NCBI GenBank assembly: GCA_905178155.1
Contig: CAJINV010000001.1
Coordinates: 15,686,142 to 15,750,141 of the forward strand
Length of the DNA: 64,000 nt
Direction: 5' to 3'
DNA from: Amoebophrya sp. A120
Lineage: Eukaryota; Protista; Dinoflagellata
Shown: positions 24,091 through 36,500 of the stretch, one piece after another
Position numbering within the stretch: the first letter of the stretch is position 1
How the letters are laid out: every line of letters starts with the position of its first letter
Made by a program: the position numbers and the translations under genes
The notes under the pieces: model-generated
Told to the model about the DNA's origin: nothing
What the model saw: only the letters and a program-made list of their open reading frames with translations
The model's database searches: none

Positions 24091-24724
24091 CTAGCTACCT
24101 ACGAAGCGGATCTAGACCCTGGAATGTGTTGAATCTGGTGAGACTGATGCAAGAATCTTGATGAATTTGGATGATTTGAGCTACAGGATGTAACGCAGCA
24201 AGAGACTTGCGTCACTTGCTTGCTTGCTTGCAATTGAGAGAACTCATTGGAAAGCTGTTGATAACGAGCTCAGTGCAGCAAACGTGCAAACGTGTGTAAG
24301 TGTGTGCGAGTGTTCTCAAGTCCACTAACACTACATATGAAGTGATATGCACTAGCCAAGCATAAAACTTAAACGTGGTAAGGCTGAGCATACATAATGA
24401 CTCACTGTCCTCCGCGCTGTTCTGCTTTTGGAATCAAAACTGCGCTCTCGCGCGGGTGCGTGTGCGGCACTTCCAAAGCTGAAGACCATCACGATCAAAA
24501 TTTTGACTGAAGTAGGAGTAGCTCTGGCTCTACATAATTTTCAGTTCTTTACCTTTTACTGATAGATCACACAAATGATCAGGCTATGGCTGCGCTGTTT
24601 AGTTGACAGACCAGAAAATGAAAGGTAAGAGTCCCAGACCCAGTGCGTTGTTTGATAAAATGATAATGATGGTCGCCGTGACCTACAAAAATAAATCAGG
24701 CGAAGAGCCTGCTGAGCAAGTTCT

Positions 24725-27700
24725 TTACAGGTGAAGAGGAATCTTCCACACGTTCTCGATGACCGGAAACGCACTTCCCTCACCCGGACCGCCTTCAGAA
24801 TTGTACGCGAACATGATCTGGTGAAGCAAAATTTCGTTCCATTTGTCTTTCCAGCGTTTTGCTTTGGCCGGATCCATTCGTCGTTCCTGAAGTTGCAACG
24901 CCACATGCAGGGTGAAGTCCCGCTCTAGTTCGGTAGCATCATTGAGCTTCATGTGCGAGGTCGTAATTCTCTCGGCCAAACCTTCTCGAACAGCGGCATC
25001 TAACTCGTAAGTCGCAAACTTCAGCACGCGGCGAGCCGACTCCGAATCCTCTGCCCCGTGATCAGCAACAGGCTGCGTGTTAGTTTCAAAAAAAGCTACG
25101 AACTCGCCGAACAGCTGCGCGATATCGGCCCCACTGAGGTCCCGACGCAACGTTAGTGGCTTGCACTTTTGCTGCTCTAGGGCTACTTCTCCCGAGGCAC
25201 TTCCCGAAGTATTCCCCGCGCCCGTGTTTGCAGTCGTCACGGACGCACGTCGGAGCCCCATGGAATCAAAAAGAAAATAACTCACGCTCCCCTCGGTGTC
25301 ACGTTCTGCCCCGATGGTGAAGGAGTGCGAGAAGACGTCTAAACACACCTCGTGCAAAGGGTCACAGTACAAGTTTTCACGGTGCGAAGATTTTGCGGCG
25401 GGAGCCAGAAACTTTACCTGCACCGCAAAAGCGGATAGAACTCTAGCTCCAGAAGGCCACTCTTCTTGTTTCGCCCGTGAAGAAGGCCGCGATGAAGTAG
25501 ACCCTGCAATTTGAAGGGGTTTTTCACCTCGGTCCGGTACGATTTCCGATTCCACCAGCTTTGCATTTGCTATCCTCCGGGTCGTGCGCTCTCGCAGCAG
25601 TAGGAGTTCTGACACAAAGTCAGGAACCGCTACTGGCTGCAGCACTGTGTCCGTGAACGACCTCCCCCCCGTCAGAACCCAGGAGGCCAGGGCTGCGCCG
25701 ACGTTGGCGGAAAACCGAAAATTGTGGCTGATGTCGGCGATAAACGAGTCGTAGCGAACAGCTGCCTCGTTAACCACCAGTTCCTCCAGTTTCTCTGGGT
25801 CGATTCGCATTTCTGCAAGCGAAGCGTCCGGCTTGAGCATGACGTTTTGATGCAGTCTGGCTTCTCCGTTTGTGACCTCCACCAGAGCCCCTGCACTGGG
25901 CACAGTTCCGTGGGCGACAGTGACTACAGGTGCAGGAACCGCTGGAGCGGGACCGCCCCCACGCTTGTTACCTTCTTGAGCACCCCACACAGTACTAGCG
26001 TTCTCCGTTTCAGTTGTTGTTGAAATGGACTTCACCAATGCCAGGTCGTACCAGGTCATTTCGGCCTCGTTCCGCTCTGCTCCCTCCTGCGAATACGTCA
26101 ACTCTTCAATGTCGGTGTAGAACCCGAAATTGCTTGCTAGAAAGTAAAACGCGTAGTCGGGCCGAGGGAAAATTGTCTGCTCCTTCGCGGCTTTTTCCCC
26201 GCCAGCAAACGCCTCCGTCGTCTGGTATTTGAACAGCTTCTCTGAGTACACGTTTTCGGTTATCAGCTCCGCGCGGAGATATGCATTGCAAACATGTCTG
26301 GATCTGGAGGAATGCGTATGCCTATGCGCCGGCCAACACCAGGTCACAAAAAATAAACCTGTCTGTGACTATGCAAAAGCTCCTGTTCACTTTTTGTTAA
26401 GATCACAAAGAATAAGAAAGAACGACCATCAATGTATAGCATCGATTTCCAAGAGCAGCACTCCTGAACTAGTCTACCAGTGGGGCATTGATATGATTGT
26501 CAGAGGACAGCTGCACGACAAAAACGTGCATTGTCGATGTCGTTGTCCCTTTGACCACGGCGACATATTTGCGTTTGTGTTTGATAGGAGAAATGCACTT
26601 GCGATGGTCGGCGTGGAAGTACTTGGCGCGACCACCTGCTGGCTTAGCGCAGACCCTTTTTTGAACAGACACTCTGTCCACAGCTTGTAGACCTGCTCGC
26701 GCCATTGCGTTTCGGAAATCACTTTTCTATTTGTATTTTCATCCAGACCGACATTATCTACGTATTCTACGTCATGTCTGGGATGAAACGGCCTTCCATG
26801 CGACTCAAACCACCAAGGGAAGGACCGCAAAAGGGTGCGAAAGGGGTTCTGCGTTACGGGGCCAGCTGTTGCTGTGGTCTGACTTTTCTGCTGTAGCTGC
26901 TCTAACCGCAAATCGTTTTGAACGACGGATCGGAAAAACCGCAGGATGTTGGCTTTCGGAAAGACAGCTTGCCAGAACCTATAGAAAAAATCCTTCGGAT
27001 AGTAGGCAGCCATTTGCAGTCCGGCGAGACCGCGCGTAGGTGTGCTGGTAGAGGCTCCGCCTGCCCGTCGTGAAGACGCCAAAAGCGGCTGCACGGCTTC
27101 CGCTGCCCGGGCCCCCAGAAACGTTTTCCGTGCCTCCGCAGTCCTCTCTGGAAATTCCACTAGCCTGCCGCTTCGCAAGTCGTACCAGTAAGGGAGCGCC
27201 GGTACCTCGTAGTCATTAGAGTAAAACGGGCCATTGTCGTTCGCGAACTTCTTCGGGTAGCAATGGCCGCCACAAAAATGTGTCTCAACCTCGGCTGCCA
27301 CTCCGATGGGCACGCGAGGAAAGGAGCATGAAGAGATGCCAGTTGTTGACAACGGTGGTGCTATTGACAGCGTCGAGGAGTCATCTTCCATGTTCGTCGT
27401 GTAGGGTCTGCTGACTGCGTCTCTCGCAAAATGATCCACCACGTGGTGCGAATATAGGTCCACATGCCCCTCGTCAAGAGCGTCTTCTACTTCTCTTCCG
27501 CTTGTGGTCCTCGTTCCACAGTTGTCTTGTGCACTTCCCAAATACCCAAACTGTCTGATTGCACTTTTGTACACGTTGCCACTTTTCTCGTCGGTTTTCA
27601 CGAATGGGTGATCCAAAGCGCGTGCAAGCGGGGATCTAGGCAGTAGGGGTCCTCCAAAACCAAAAAAACTTCCTTGACCCTCCGGTCCCGTGCCGGCAAG

Positions 27701-28114
27701 CCCGACCAGACACACGATAGACATCGTTGCGGTGGTGCATAGAGCACACCTGCTCACTCGCTCGCAAATCGGCCAACGATCTGGATCTGATGATGTTGTA
27801 GTGCCACTTCTACTGCCCCTGCCGGCCGGTTGTACGGGAACCAGCAATCTGCCCAGCTGAAGCTGTCGGTGACTTCGCCTGTCTTGACCTTGAGCCATGT
27901 TGCCGCTGCCAGTGTACGTGTAGCGGTTCATCTCGTCGTGTATTTCGGGCTCTGAAGTAGAGGCTGGGGCATACCATCCCTTGTCGTGGTCATCTTGCGC
28001 CGCTCCCGTCGCCACAGGAGACGTCAACTTCGTTGCGTTGACGAATAAAGCGCCACCTGTGCAACCACTGTAGAGGTGATCGCAGCATAGCACGGCTGCT
28101 CCCAGAATACCCAC
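24725..28114 (-). CDS. Hypothetical ~1000-aa protein with N-terminal hydrophobic segments; one non-canonical intron; start uncertain
   Basis: ORFs 26474-28114 and 24725-26347 join in frame (ASAFL-RAELI) on removal of element 26280-26586 plus one TSD. Confidence 0.65.
26280..26586. mobile_element. Degenerate TIR element / non-canonical intron, family A-related ends
   Basis: TATGCATTGCAAACATGTC...GACATATTTGCGTTTGTGTTTGATA; TSD GGAGA/GGAGA. Removal restores the frame. Confidence 0.75.
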
Positions 28115-29357
28115 TTTTGCAAAATGATGTGGCCCTCCGCGCCGTTCCCGTGATGTGCAATGTGCTTCTTGCCGTCTTCGTACCCGCTCCCTACGGGCCG
28201 TACGGGAGTGGCACTATAACGGACACCATCTTCCTTCATTTTTGTAGACGGTCAGCTGCTGCCGAGTTTCTTTTAAAATCAATTGGAAGTAGCGCAGCCG
28301 AAATGTACAAATACACTTGACTTGCAAGAGAAAAAAACAATTCAGAGGAGCATGGCGTCTGCCACAACAAACTGTGACGGAACGCCCAAAAACTTTTCTT
28401 CGAACCTATTGACAGAAACACGACGTGGAATCAAGACTGGAGATCATGGCATTGACTGTTTCAATGCCATATTGTCGCTTGTCACGAGCTGTCATTGAGA
28501 TGAGTGGTCACTTCCCCTCGCATTGAGCGTGTGGGTTTCAAGATCACATGATCCTTAATCATACCATGATCGACGCCTGTAATTGTACCTCTCCTGCGAT
28601 ATCGAATCAATAAATGAGATCTTGATGTTGATCTTCCTCCACTTTATGTTCCTTTCAGTGTCCTCTAGAAGCTGAAGCACCCAAGAACTAAGTACTTGAT
28701 ATGACCACACGATAAACATAAAGACCACATCCGACTGATTTACTTGTTCTATCGACATGCACATGCTCGCACTAGCAACAGCAAGCACCAGAGCTCTTGC
28801 TTCAAATAGATTCGTAGAAGATCAGGCGTTGGTAGTTGCTTAAGATCGGTTTACTCGCTAGGACCGAAAGCGAAACCAGAACGAAGGTGGATGACAATAA
28901 AAGTCCTCCAATCGCGATTCCGACCAGCAGGAGTAGTGTAGCTGTTTCTCTTCCTTAATAGCGGGAAGGCTGCAGCGCTTCATTTTGACAGTCGCATGTT
29001 GATCAACATCAAGCTGCACAGGCAACTCAGTACAGCAGGCAAATATGTCCCAAAAAAAACAGTCCAGCGTCGACATCAATGTAGTTTTCTGATGCTGTTG
29101 AAGCCCATTCTGCTCCGTTTCCTTCTCCTTTCGCTTCATCAAGTACAAGAACTCAAACTTTTTACATAGCACTAGGCTGTCGCTGTTGCGCTTTTTCGAA
29201 ATAAAAAACACCAAGGAGGAGTAGCGTTCGTTGTCGTTCTTCTCGCGAGAACTCAGATCAACTGCAACAAAAGCATCAACCACAGCTACGACTGCTATTT
29301 CAAAAAATCGTGAGGTTTCAGTTCCCAAATCGTCATCATCTTCATCTCGCTGGCCTG

Positions 29358-30977
29358 CTACAAAATTGTGAGCCCGTTGTCCAATTCGCGAAAATGGCGG
29401 AAGGCAGAGAGACAGAACCGCTGGAGGTGGTCGAGATCGATACTGCTGCAGGTCTCCTTGACGCTGTGCATGGCCCACTGCGGAATCCCCAGGTCGATGG
29501 CCCGCATGCCCAGGTTGCTGCTCACCATGGGTCCGATGGTGGACCCGCAGGGACAGTCGTTGCGGACCACGAAATCTTGAACTGCAATGTTGTCTTTCGC
29601 AGCCACCGCCCGGAGCAACGCGGATGTCGTGGAGGTGGTGGCGTACCGCTGGTTGGCGTTGTGTTTGATCACGATACCCTGGTGCAGAACCGGGCGGTGC
29701 TCGGACTGGTGTTTCGCGGCGTAATTTGGGTGGTAGGCGTGGGCTGCGTCGATCGAGAACAGAATGCTCCGGGAAACCGTCGCAAGCCAGGCGCTCTGGT
29801 ACGGGATGCAGGAAGAACCTGGCTGGCCCGCGCGCGGGGGAAATTGCACCGTCATAGCGTCGTTGTTTTTCAAAATCCCTGTAGTTTTCGGCGAGCCGGG
29901 CTTAGCGGAAGTGGTCGTGGAATCCAAAACCTCGCCGAGAATTTGCTGCAACCACTGCTGCAGACAGCCACTGTCCGCTCCCGCAGTGCTCTCGCTGCCG
30001 ACTTCTTCGTGGTCGAAGGCGCAAGCCACCGCGATATCCGAATAAGTCGCGGCTTCCGGGGACTGCGCGAACCGAACCAGCGCGTCGTACTGCGCCCAGA
30101 CGGAGATCAGGTTGTCGATCCGGCCAGAAAAAATAAAGTCCTCGCGAGCTCCGATCAAGCGGCTCGGCTCCGCGTCGAAGAGGCAGAGGTCCAGGTCCAC
30201 AATCTTCGCTTCCGCGTTGCTCACCCCCATTTCCTCGTGCAGCAGCGTGAGCAGTTCTTCGCTGTGTTGCTTTGCCCCCTGCATGGGTGCGGCCGCCGGC
30301 GCCGCCGCTCCGGGTACGGGTTCGCACAGGACCAAGCCGGAGGTAGGGACAGCGGACGTCATGCACAGCACCGGCTGCAAATTTGTCTCGGTGTTGATAC
30401 TGAAAGCCTTGCGCTCATCGGCCGTCTGCAGGTGGATGGCCAGATTGGGGACCAGCAAGACTGGGCGATCGATCCGAACGAGTTTTTCTTCCAGTTGCGC
30501 GGGGGTTTTGTTGCGGGACAGAACGACTTTGCCGGCCAGCCCGAGCGGGCGGTCGAACCAGGTATGCCACAGGCCGCCGCCGTAAGTCTGCACCCCGACC
30601 TGCACGTGCTCCTTCGTACCCGTTACTTTCGTGTTCGGACGCAACCGCAGACACGGCGAGTCCGTGTGCGCCCCACAGATGACGAAGCCGCCGCCCTTCG
30701 CCGCTGGCTTGGTCGTGGGATCCGCGGTGTGAAACTGGCCACCGACCACAAAGGCGCAGACCGTGGTGCCGAGCTTGGTGAGAAAGTACTTACCGCCCTT
30801 TTGGAGCCGCCAGGGCAGATTCGCTTCCGATAACTCCTCGAAATTTGCCTGGAGCAGCATCTTCTTCACGGCCGCGACGGCGTGGTACGGCGACCCTGTC
30901 TCGTTGACGAAGGGTAAGAATTGCCGGGCGGCATTGGTTGCCACGCTGGTCATCTTCGACGAGGCCGGTGATGCCAT
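29358..30977 (-). CDS. DNPEP: Aspartyl aminopeptidase (peptidase family M18), intronless
   Basis: SPYHAV, GAHTDSPCL, YGGGLWHTWFDRPLGLAG, PNLAIHL, SGRIDNL, FDHEEVGS, SIDAAHAYHPNY, NANQRYAT, PCGSTIGP, AMHSVKE: the canonical M18 motif set. Confidence 0.95.
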   Translation of the reverse strand: MASPASSKMTSVATNAARQFLPFVNETGSPYHAVAAVKKMLLQANFEELSEANLPWRLQKGGKYFLTKLGTTVCAFVVGGQFHTADPTTKPAAKGGGFVICGAHTDSPCLRLRPNTKVTGTKEHVQVGVQTYGGGLWHTWFDRPLGLAGKVVLSRNKTPAQLEEKLVRIDRPVLLVPNLAIHLQTADERKAFSINTETNLQPVLCMTSAVPTSGLVLCEPVPGAAAPAAAPMQGAKQHSEELLTLLHEEMGVSNAEAKIVDLDLCLFDAEPSRLIGAREDFIFSGRIDNLISVWAQYDALVRFAQSPEAATYSDIAVACAFDHEEVGSESTAGADSGCLQQWLQQILGEVLDSTTTSAKPGSPKTTGILKNNDAMTVQFPPRAGQPGSSCIPYQSAWLATVSRSILFSIDAAHAYHPNYAAKHQSEHRPVLHQGIVIKHNANQRYATTSTTSALLRAVAAKDNIAVQDFVVRNDCPCGSTIGPMVSSNLGMRAIDLGIPQWAMHSVKETCSSIDLDHLQRFCLSAFRHFRELDNGLTIL

Positions 30978-31777
30978 TTTTTTTTCTCAAGTAGACGCAC
31001 AAAAATACCACTAGTCGCTGACGGTAGGGGTCGTAGGGTCAAAGTAAGATTTACATGTAAGAACGTCGTAACTACCCGATTTCGATCCGCGTGTAAAAGA
31101 ATCTATCTCTAAATCTCGGTGTCCCCCATGTAAGTCGCAGAAGAAAAGAATGCAACGCAACAGGGAAATTTAAGGTCGCTGTTCTACAGTGAAAATTCAA
31201 TTATTCTCCATCCGATCACGATGGACAGACTGCGGAAGTCCTTTTGTTTTGCTGTCGTTTTTGTAGTTTCTTTTGCTTTGCAGCTAAAGCGATGATTCTT
31301 CAGAACTCACTTGTTAGCTCATGTCGTTATTGTTCCCATTGTCGGTCACTACACGAGATGGTCCTGGAATATAAACTCAAACGGAAAGGCTACCTGGCAA
31401 ATTTGTGTTTATTCTCGAAGCCTCATCCTCATTGCGATTCGGATTCGTGTCGTCAGAAAATTTTTGTACCGTTGTCTTGTAGGAGTGAACAGCACCATTA
31501 TCATGTTTCGTGGTTGTTGAATCTTGTCTGTTCCCCTTCTTGTATTCGACACAGCAACAAAGAGGCAGGTTCGTCCGCAAGGACGAAAATTCCTTTGCTA
31601 TTGATTCTAGTGCGTAAGCTTGTGTGCCCACAACTAAGAAAGTTAATGTCCTCTTCTTGCTGTTTTATTCTGTAGCTGCTTTGTTGCTTTTGCTTTTCGC
31701 ATGTCAAGAACGTCGGAAGTACAAGTATCTATATGATGGGTCCATCGCAGGCAGCGGTACATAATTTGCATTTATTT

Positions 31778-32575
31778 TCAATGGTGTGTCAAATCCAGGC
31801 CACTTGCACTTGATGCTGATTTCTGCGCTTGGAGTTCCGTCGACAGTGGAGCCTCGTCTGCTGTTTCCGAATAAAAGGCACTAGTGGCATTCATCCAGGT
31901 TTCTCCTTCACCGTCTTCCTGGTCATCATGGTCTTCTCGTGCCACTTCTGCATTGAATTGTTTTTTGTGGTACCGCGGTATGTAAAATGGATTTTTAGTT
32001 TGCTCCGGATGAAAGTGGTCCAAAATTCCCAAACCGCCGAAAAAGGATATCGGAGATGCGGCCAGACAGGCCATGAAGCAAAGAGTAGACCTCTTCCTCT
32101 CTCCGACGACGTTTCGGCAGCAGGGCAGCCTTCTAGCAAGTAAATCGCTGCGATCGTCGAGGAGAAACTCCTGCTGCTGCTGTTGGCGTAACATGTCATG
32201 TATGCGCGGTAAGCCCAGGCTGTCGTTATGCGGGAAAGGTGTAGTACCATAACTATCATACATGAACGCAGTAGTGTCTTCGTTGCTGGGCGGGGGTGCC
32301 GCGGCTCCTGCTGAACTCGGCGGCACGAAGTAGGTAGCAGCACCACTTGTTGGAGCTGCCTGAGCACCACGCTCGTCAGTGCTACTTCTGACGCATAAGA
32401 AGCTGCCAGTGCACCCTGCGTCGTCAGCTACAGGCCCGCTTGACACCCTAACGGCACCTATGCCTATCTTCAGCGCTGCGACGTTCACGACATGCGAATG
32501 GAATAGACAGGACGCGACGAGCGTAACCACCGCACGACACGAAAAAATCGTAAATATCATTTTGTAGTTGAACAA
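31778..32575 (-). CDS. Hypothetical protein with signal-peptide-like N-terminus and one internal hydrophobic segment
   Basis: 265-aa ORF with AVVTLVASCLF and LCFMACLAASPISFFGGLGIL. Confidence 0.5.
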   Translation of the reverse strand: MFNYKMIFTIFSCRAVVTLVASCLFHSHVVNVAALKIGIGAVRVSSGPVADDAGCTGSFLCVRSSTDERGAQAAPTSGAATYFVPPSSAGAAAPPPSNEDTTAFMYDSYGTTPFPHNDSLGLPRIHDMLRQQQQQEFLLDDRSDLLARRLPCCRNVVGERKRSTLCFMACLAASPISFFGGLGILDHFHPEQTKNPFYIPRYHKKQFNAEVAREDHDDQEDGEGETWMNATSAFYSETADEAPLSTELQAQKSASSASGLDLTHH

Positions 32576-33507
32576 GTAGTCGGGCTGCAGTCGTTATCGT
32601 TCAGGAAAGGAAAAGGTTGGTTGCCAGATCATAATCAATACGCCAACGGTATGAAGACTATGACAACATTCAATTAACGTAGTTCCTTCTTCCTGCTTCG
32701 ATTCAACAGTTGCGATCGCTGTACTAATGTCTAGGGACGTGGTTTATTTTTCGTGTGTGTGATCATTCGCCGTTGAAGTTGTACCCGTGCCCTTCCATGC
32801 AGCATTATTCTACTATTATTGATCGCACGCTAGTACAGACAAAAGATGAATCCTGCTTTCACGTCGACCTGGATGTGCGACAAAGTCAAACCGAAAGTTA
32901 AAAAGCAACAAGAAAAATCAAATCAAAAATGATAACGCTGCGCGGTATGGATTTTTTGATCCGCGATCGTTGTACTCTTTGTCTTTCTTCATCTTGTTGC
33001 CAACGTGGACGAAACTAGAGACCCTTCGGATCGCAGTTTTCTCTCTGTTACAACTGTTGTGGTTACTCAGATCCACCCGCCCTGGCATCCTGTGGCTATC
33101 GCAGATGGCGCACTTTGAGCCTGAAGAACTTAGAACATCGAAGTTGTTGGTGCGTCCAAAGAAAACCTCGGCAAAAAGCCACTCAGACTCAAGAATACTT
33201 AAGTAGTACTTACGGACTCTGACACCCGTCGCCTTTGCGGCAACTGAGTGAATTTTGCATTTTATTCCAGGGGAGAAGATATTCATTCGATTTCAGTGTC
33301 TATTCCAATTACGCGTGCGCTAGCCCAACGGAGACGAACAGAAAATGCTCGATGAAGAAAGCAATGTTCTTGAGTAGCACCAGGTTTATCCAAGGGCAGC
33401 TACAAAGAAGTCGAAATGAGTGGCCCTCGAATAAATGACAATGTCGTATCGTACTTCTGCACTCCGACTGTCACTGTGCCGACCTCCATCCGTCACCTAA
33501 AATGCAT

Positions 33508-36500
33508 TCATGTCCATACCGTCCTCCACGGAGCAAGTAAATGAACCATCATGACCACACTACTGAGAGACAGGAGGAAAGCCGTCGAGAACTCTTCTGC
33601 ACGTCTCCTCCCCCCGGTCGCTCCTGATGCATCTATCGCTAGCGTCACACCCGACTCGCCGTTTCCGAGAGAAGGGCCCGCGTTTCCCGGTAGAATATTG
33701 CTTCCCGAAGAGGATCCAGTGCCGGAATCTGACGACCCACTCGATGTGGGAGGGGTGTAAGTCATCGGCGTGATGCTTCCCTCCGACACCGTGGCGACCG
33801 CAAAGTCCGTCCCTAAATCGGAAACCAGCTGCGTTTGCAAGTTCTGCTGCAAGGCTGTCAACCCGGTGCTGGGAAGCGTCTGCAAAGTGGACGCCAGCGC
33901 CGATGCGTCGGAAGTACTCTGTGCGCGCACCTCGTAAATAGCTTCCAGCTGTCTCTGGTTCTGCGTCTGCAGGTTTCGTATACTTGATTTTATCGACGGG
34001 CTGCCTTGTTGCTCTTGGTGTGATATTCGTTCTGCTTTTCCGGTTCTTGATGCAGTGTGTGACTGTCCAACATTTCGTGCACCATAATCATCTCCTGCAG
34101 GCTTTACGGATATTTCCCTTTCGGTTGTTCTTACACCATGCTGAGTGTAGTCATCCTTATCTAGTACGGCATCATTGCTAACTTGGGTCTCAATCTCTTC
34201 CAGATTTCTCACCGTGTAATGTTGCTGTGAGCCTACGACCCCTGTTAGCACAGCAGGGGACATCGATTCTGCCAGTGCTTTCGGTCGCGGCTCCGGCTTC
34301 GTCTTCCTTATGTCCAACCGGTCCGGAGCCGGGTACCGCTTCCGACTTTTCCTGTTCTTCTCGCGATCGACAGGGAGCTTCTGGGCGTTTCGCATCCCTT
34401 TGAAGACAACGGAGAACATTTCTTGCTGCTTCAGAGCCCGCGTGGTACTACCAGTCCACCTTAACATTCGATGGCCCTCGGTTGGATCGGCGATGCCCGC
34501 GATTTGGTGCTGGCCGGGAAAGACGCTGGAGGATTCTAACGCTGGCTCCACCGAATCGACGATCTCGTCGTCCCGGAGCATTTTCGACGTCGCCGCGCCA
34601 GTTTGCACAAACCGCACGATCAGCACGGTGATTTGCAGCGGAGACACGTTCAACGTCGCCGCCAGGGCCGTCGCGATACTCGGGCCGATCTGGGTGGTCA
34701 GCGCGCTGCTCACCGTCGACACGTCGTTCTGCATACTGATGATCAACGAGCCCGAGACCGACGGACACTGCAGGTCCGCGGTGTTGGTGCCGCCCCCGGC
34801 GGCGACGTTGGCCGCGGTCGGGTTGGCGCTCGACACCGTCGCGCACCCGCCCCAGGGTTTCGGCGTGGTGGTGCTGGAAGTTGAGGACAGCGTGGTGGTG
34901 ATCCGGGTGTTGTTCTTGATGCTCTCGGCCAGGTTCATCTGCGCCTCTATGTCCGCCTTGGTCACGATGGTGGTACCCGCCAGCGCGACGGGCGAGCAGT
35001 AGTCCTGCCACTTGGGACATAAACCGCAGGCCATGTAGCAGGACTGGTACTGCGCGTTCGTCCAGCCGAGCTGCACCGCGTCGACCGCGCACTTCTGGTC
35101 GCAGAGCTTGCATTCCGGCGGCACGCACATCCCCGGTCCTTGCAGCGGCTGACAGAAGTCCGCGTAGTGGGCGCCGCAGGACTCGGGGCACGAGGGGTAC
35201 GGGACGGCGTCGATCGCGTATCTGGTTCTGCAGGCCGTCGGTACATTCGCCGGGTCGTACTGCGTGGTCGTCACGGTGGTTGTGGTCTGGCCTCCTGACA
35301 GCGTGGGTGCCGCTGTGGTGCTGCAGGTCAGACACGGCAACGCCGGCGGTTTGGCCGTGGTCGTCGCCGAGGGGTCGTAGTTCGGGTCAAAGTGAGGCGT
35401 CGTGGAAACCGGCGTGTTGCCGCAAAACGACCCGGCGGGACAGGTTTCGCAGCTGGCCCAGCAGGTCTGAGTTATCCAGTGCAAAAGTATCGCACTGGCA
35501 CTCTTCTCTTACAAATACTGGTCTTGCATGACATATCGTAATCTAATCGAGTTCTTTAGCTTTACCTGAATCTGCATGACCAATTGATTCCATTCTTCTT
35601 TTTGGAAAAATAATTGCGATATATACTAGTACGATAGTTTTGCAAAATGCATATGGATGTCGAAGTACGGGTTGGCCTGGAATTGCGAAACGCAGTTCGT
35701 GTCGCATTCGTAGCACCCCGGGTCCACGCACATACCCGGGCCGGCGTTGGTCGAGCAGAAGCGCGCGTAGTACTTGTTGCACGAGGCTGGACAGTAGGCC
35801 GGGGTGTAGCCCCAGGTGTAAACGGTTTCGCAAGCCTTATCCTGCACCACCGAACTGCAGATGACGCAGTAGTCTTTACACTTTTGCTGTCGGCAGTCCG
35901 CGGTGCTGCAGTTGTGCGAGTCCATGCACTGCTTGCACGTCGAACTCACACACATCCCGCTGTTTGTCGCGCAGTAGTTCGGAAAGAAGTGCTGGCATAT
36001 CAAATGCAAATATGTCTGAGTCTGGAAGGGCGTAAACTTGTCATGGATGTTTTCCATGACCCATGAGGTCTGGAATGCGGGGCCTACCATGACAGACTCT
36101 GTGCGGTCTCTGCCATGCCCATCCTGCATGAGAAGCTTCCTCCCAACTTGGTCGAAAGTGGACAGCTTTTGGGACTTATGCAACACAGAGCTTTGCATGA
36201 TTGAGATTTAGCATGACAAGTTGGAATCTTCCAGACCCAGACATATTTCCACTTGATATGGCAATAGGTCGGGCAATTTGCGGCGGAACTTTGTCGCTGC
36301 AGGCAAATCTCCGTGGACCGCCCGTAGAAGGCCGCGACCGGGAAACGCGTTTCCTTTTCCACCTGCGAGAGCGCAAGTTCGTTCTCGTGCAGCCCGCCGT
36401 ACAGGTGTGCGGACTTCACGCGGTTGCACACCTCGGAAAAGGAGTTGCACTCGACCAGCTGCGTGTTCGCGATGTTGGCAGACAGGTCGTTTGTATTGGG

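Noticed and set aside
29310-30833. Long + strand ORFs (29310-30833, 15511-16479, 5672-6448, 58552-59313, 62873-63592 and others)
   Set aside because: They lie antisense to minus-strand genes and have the composition typical of GC-rich shadow frames.
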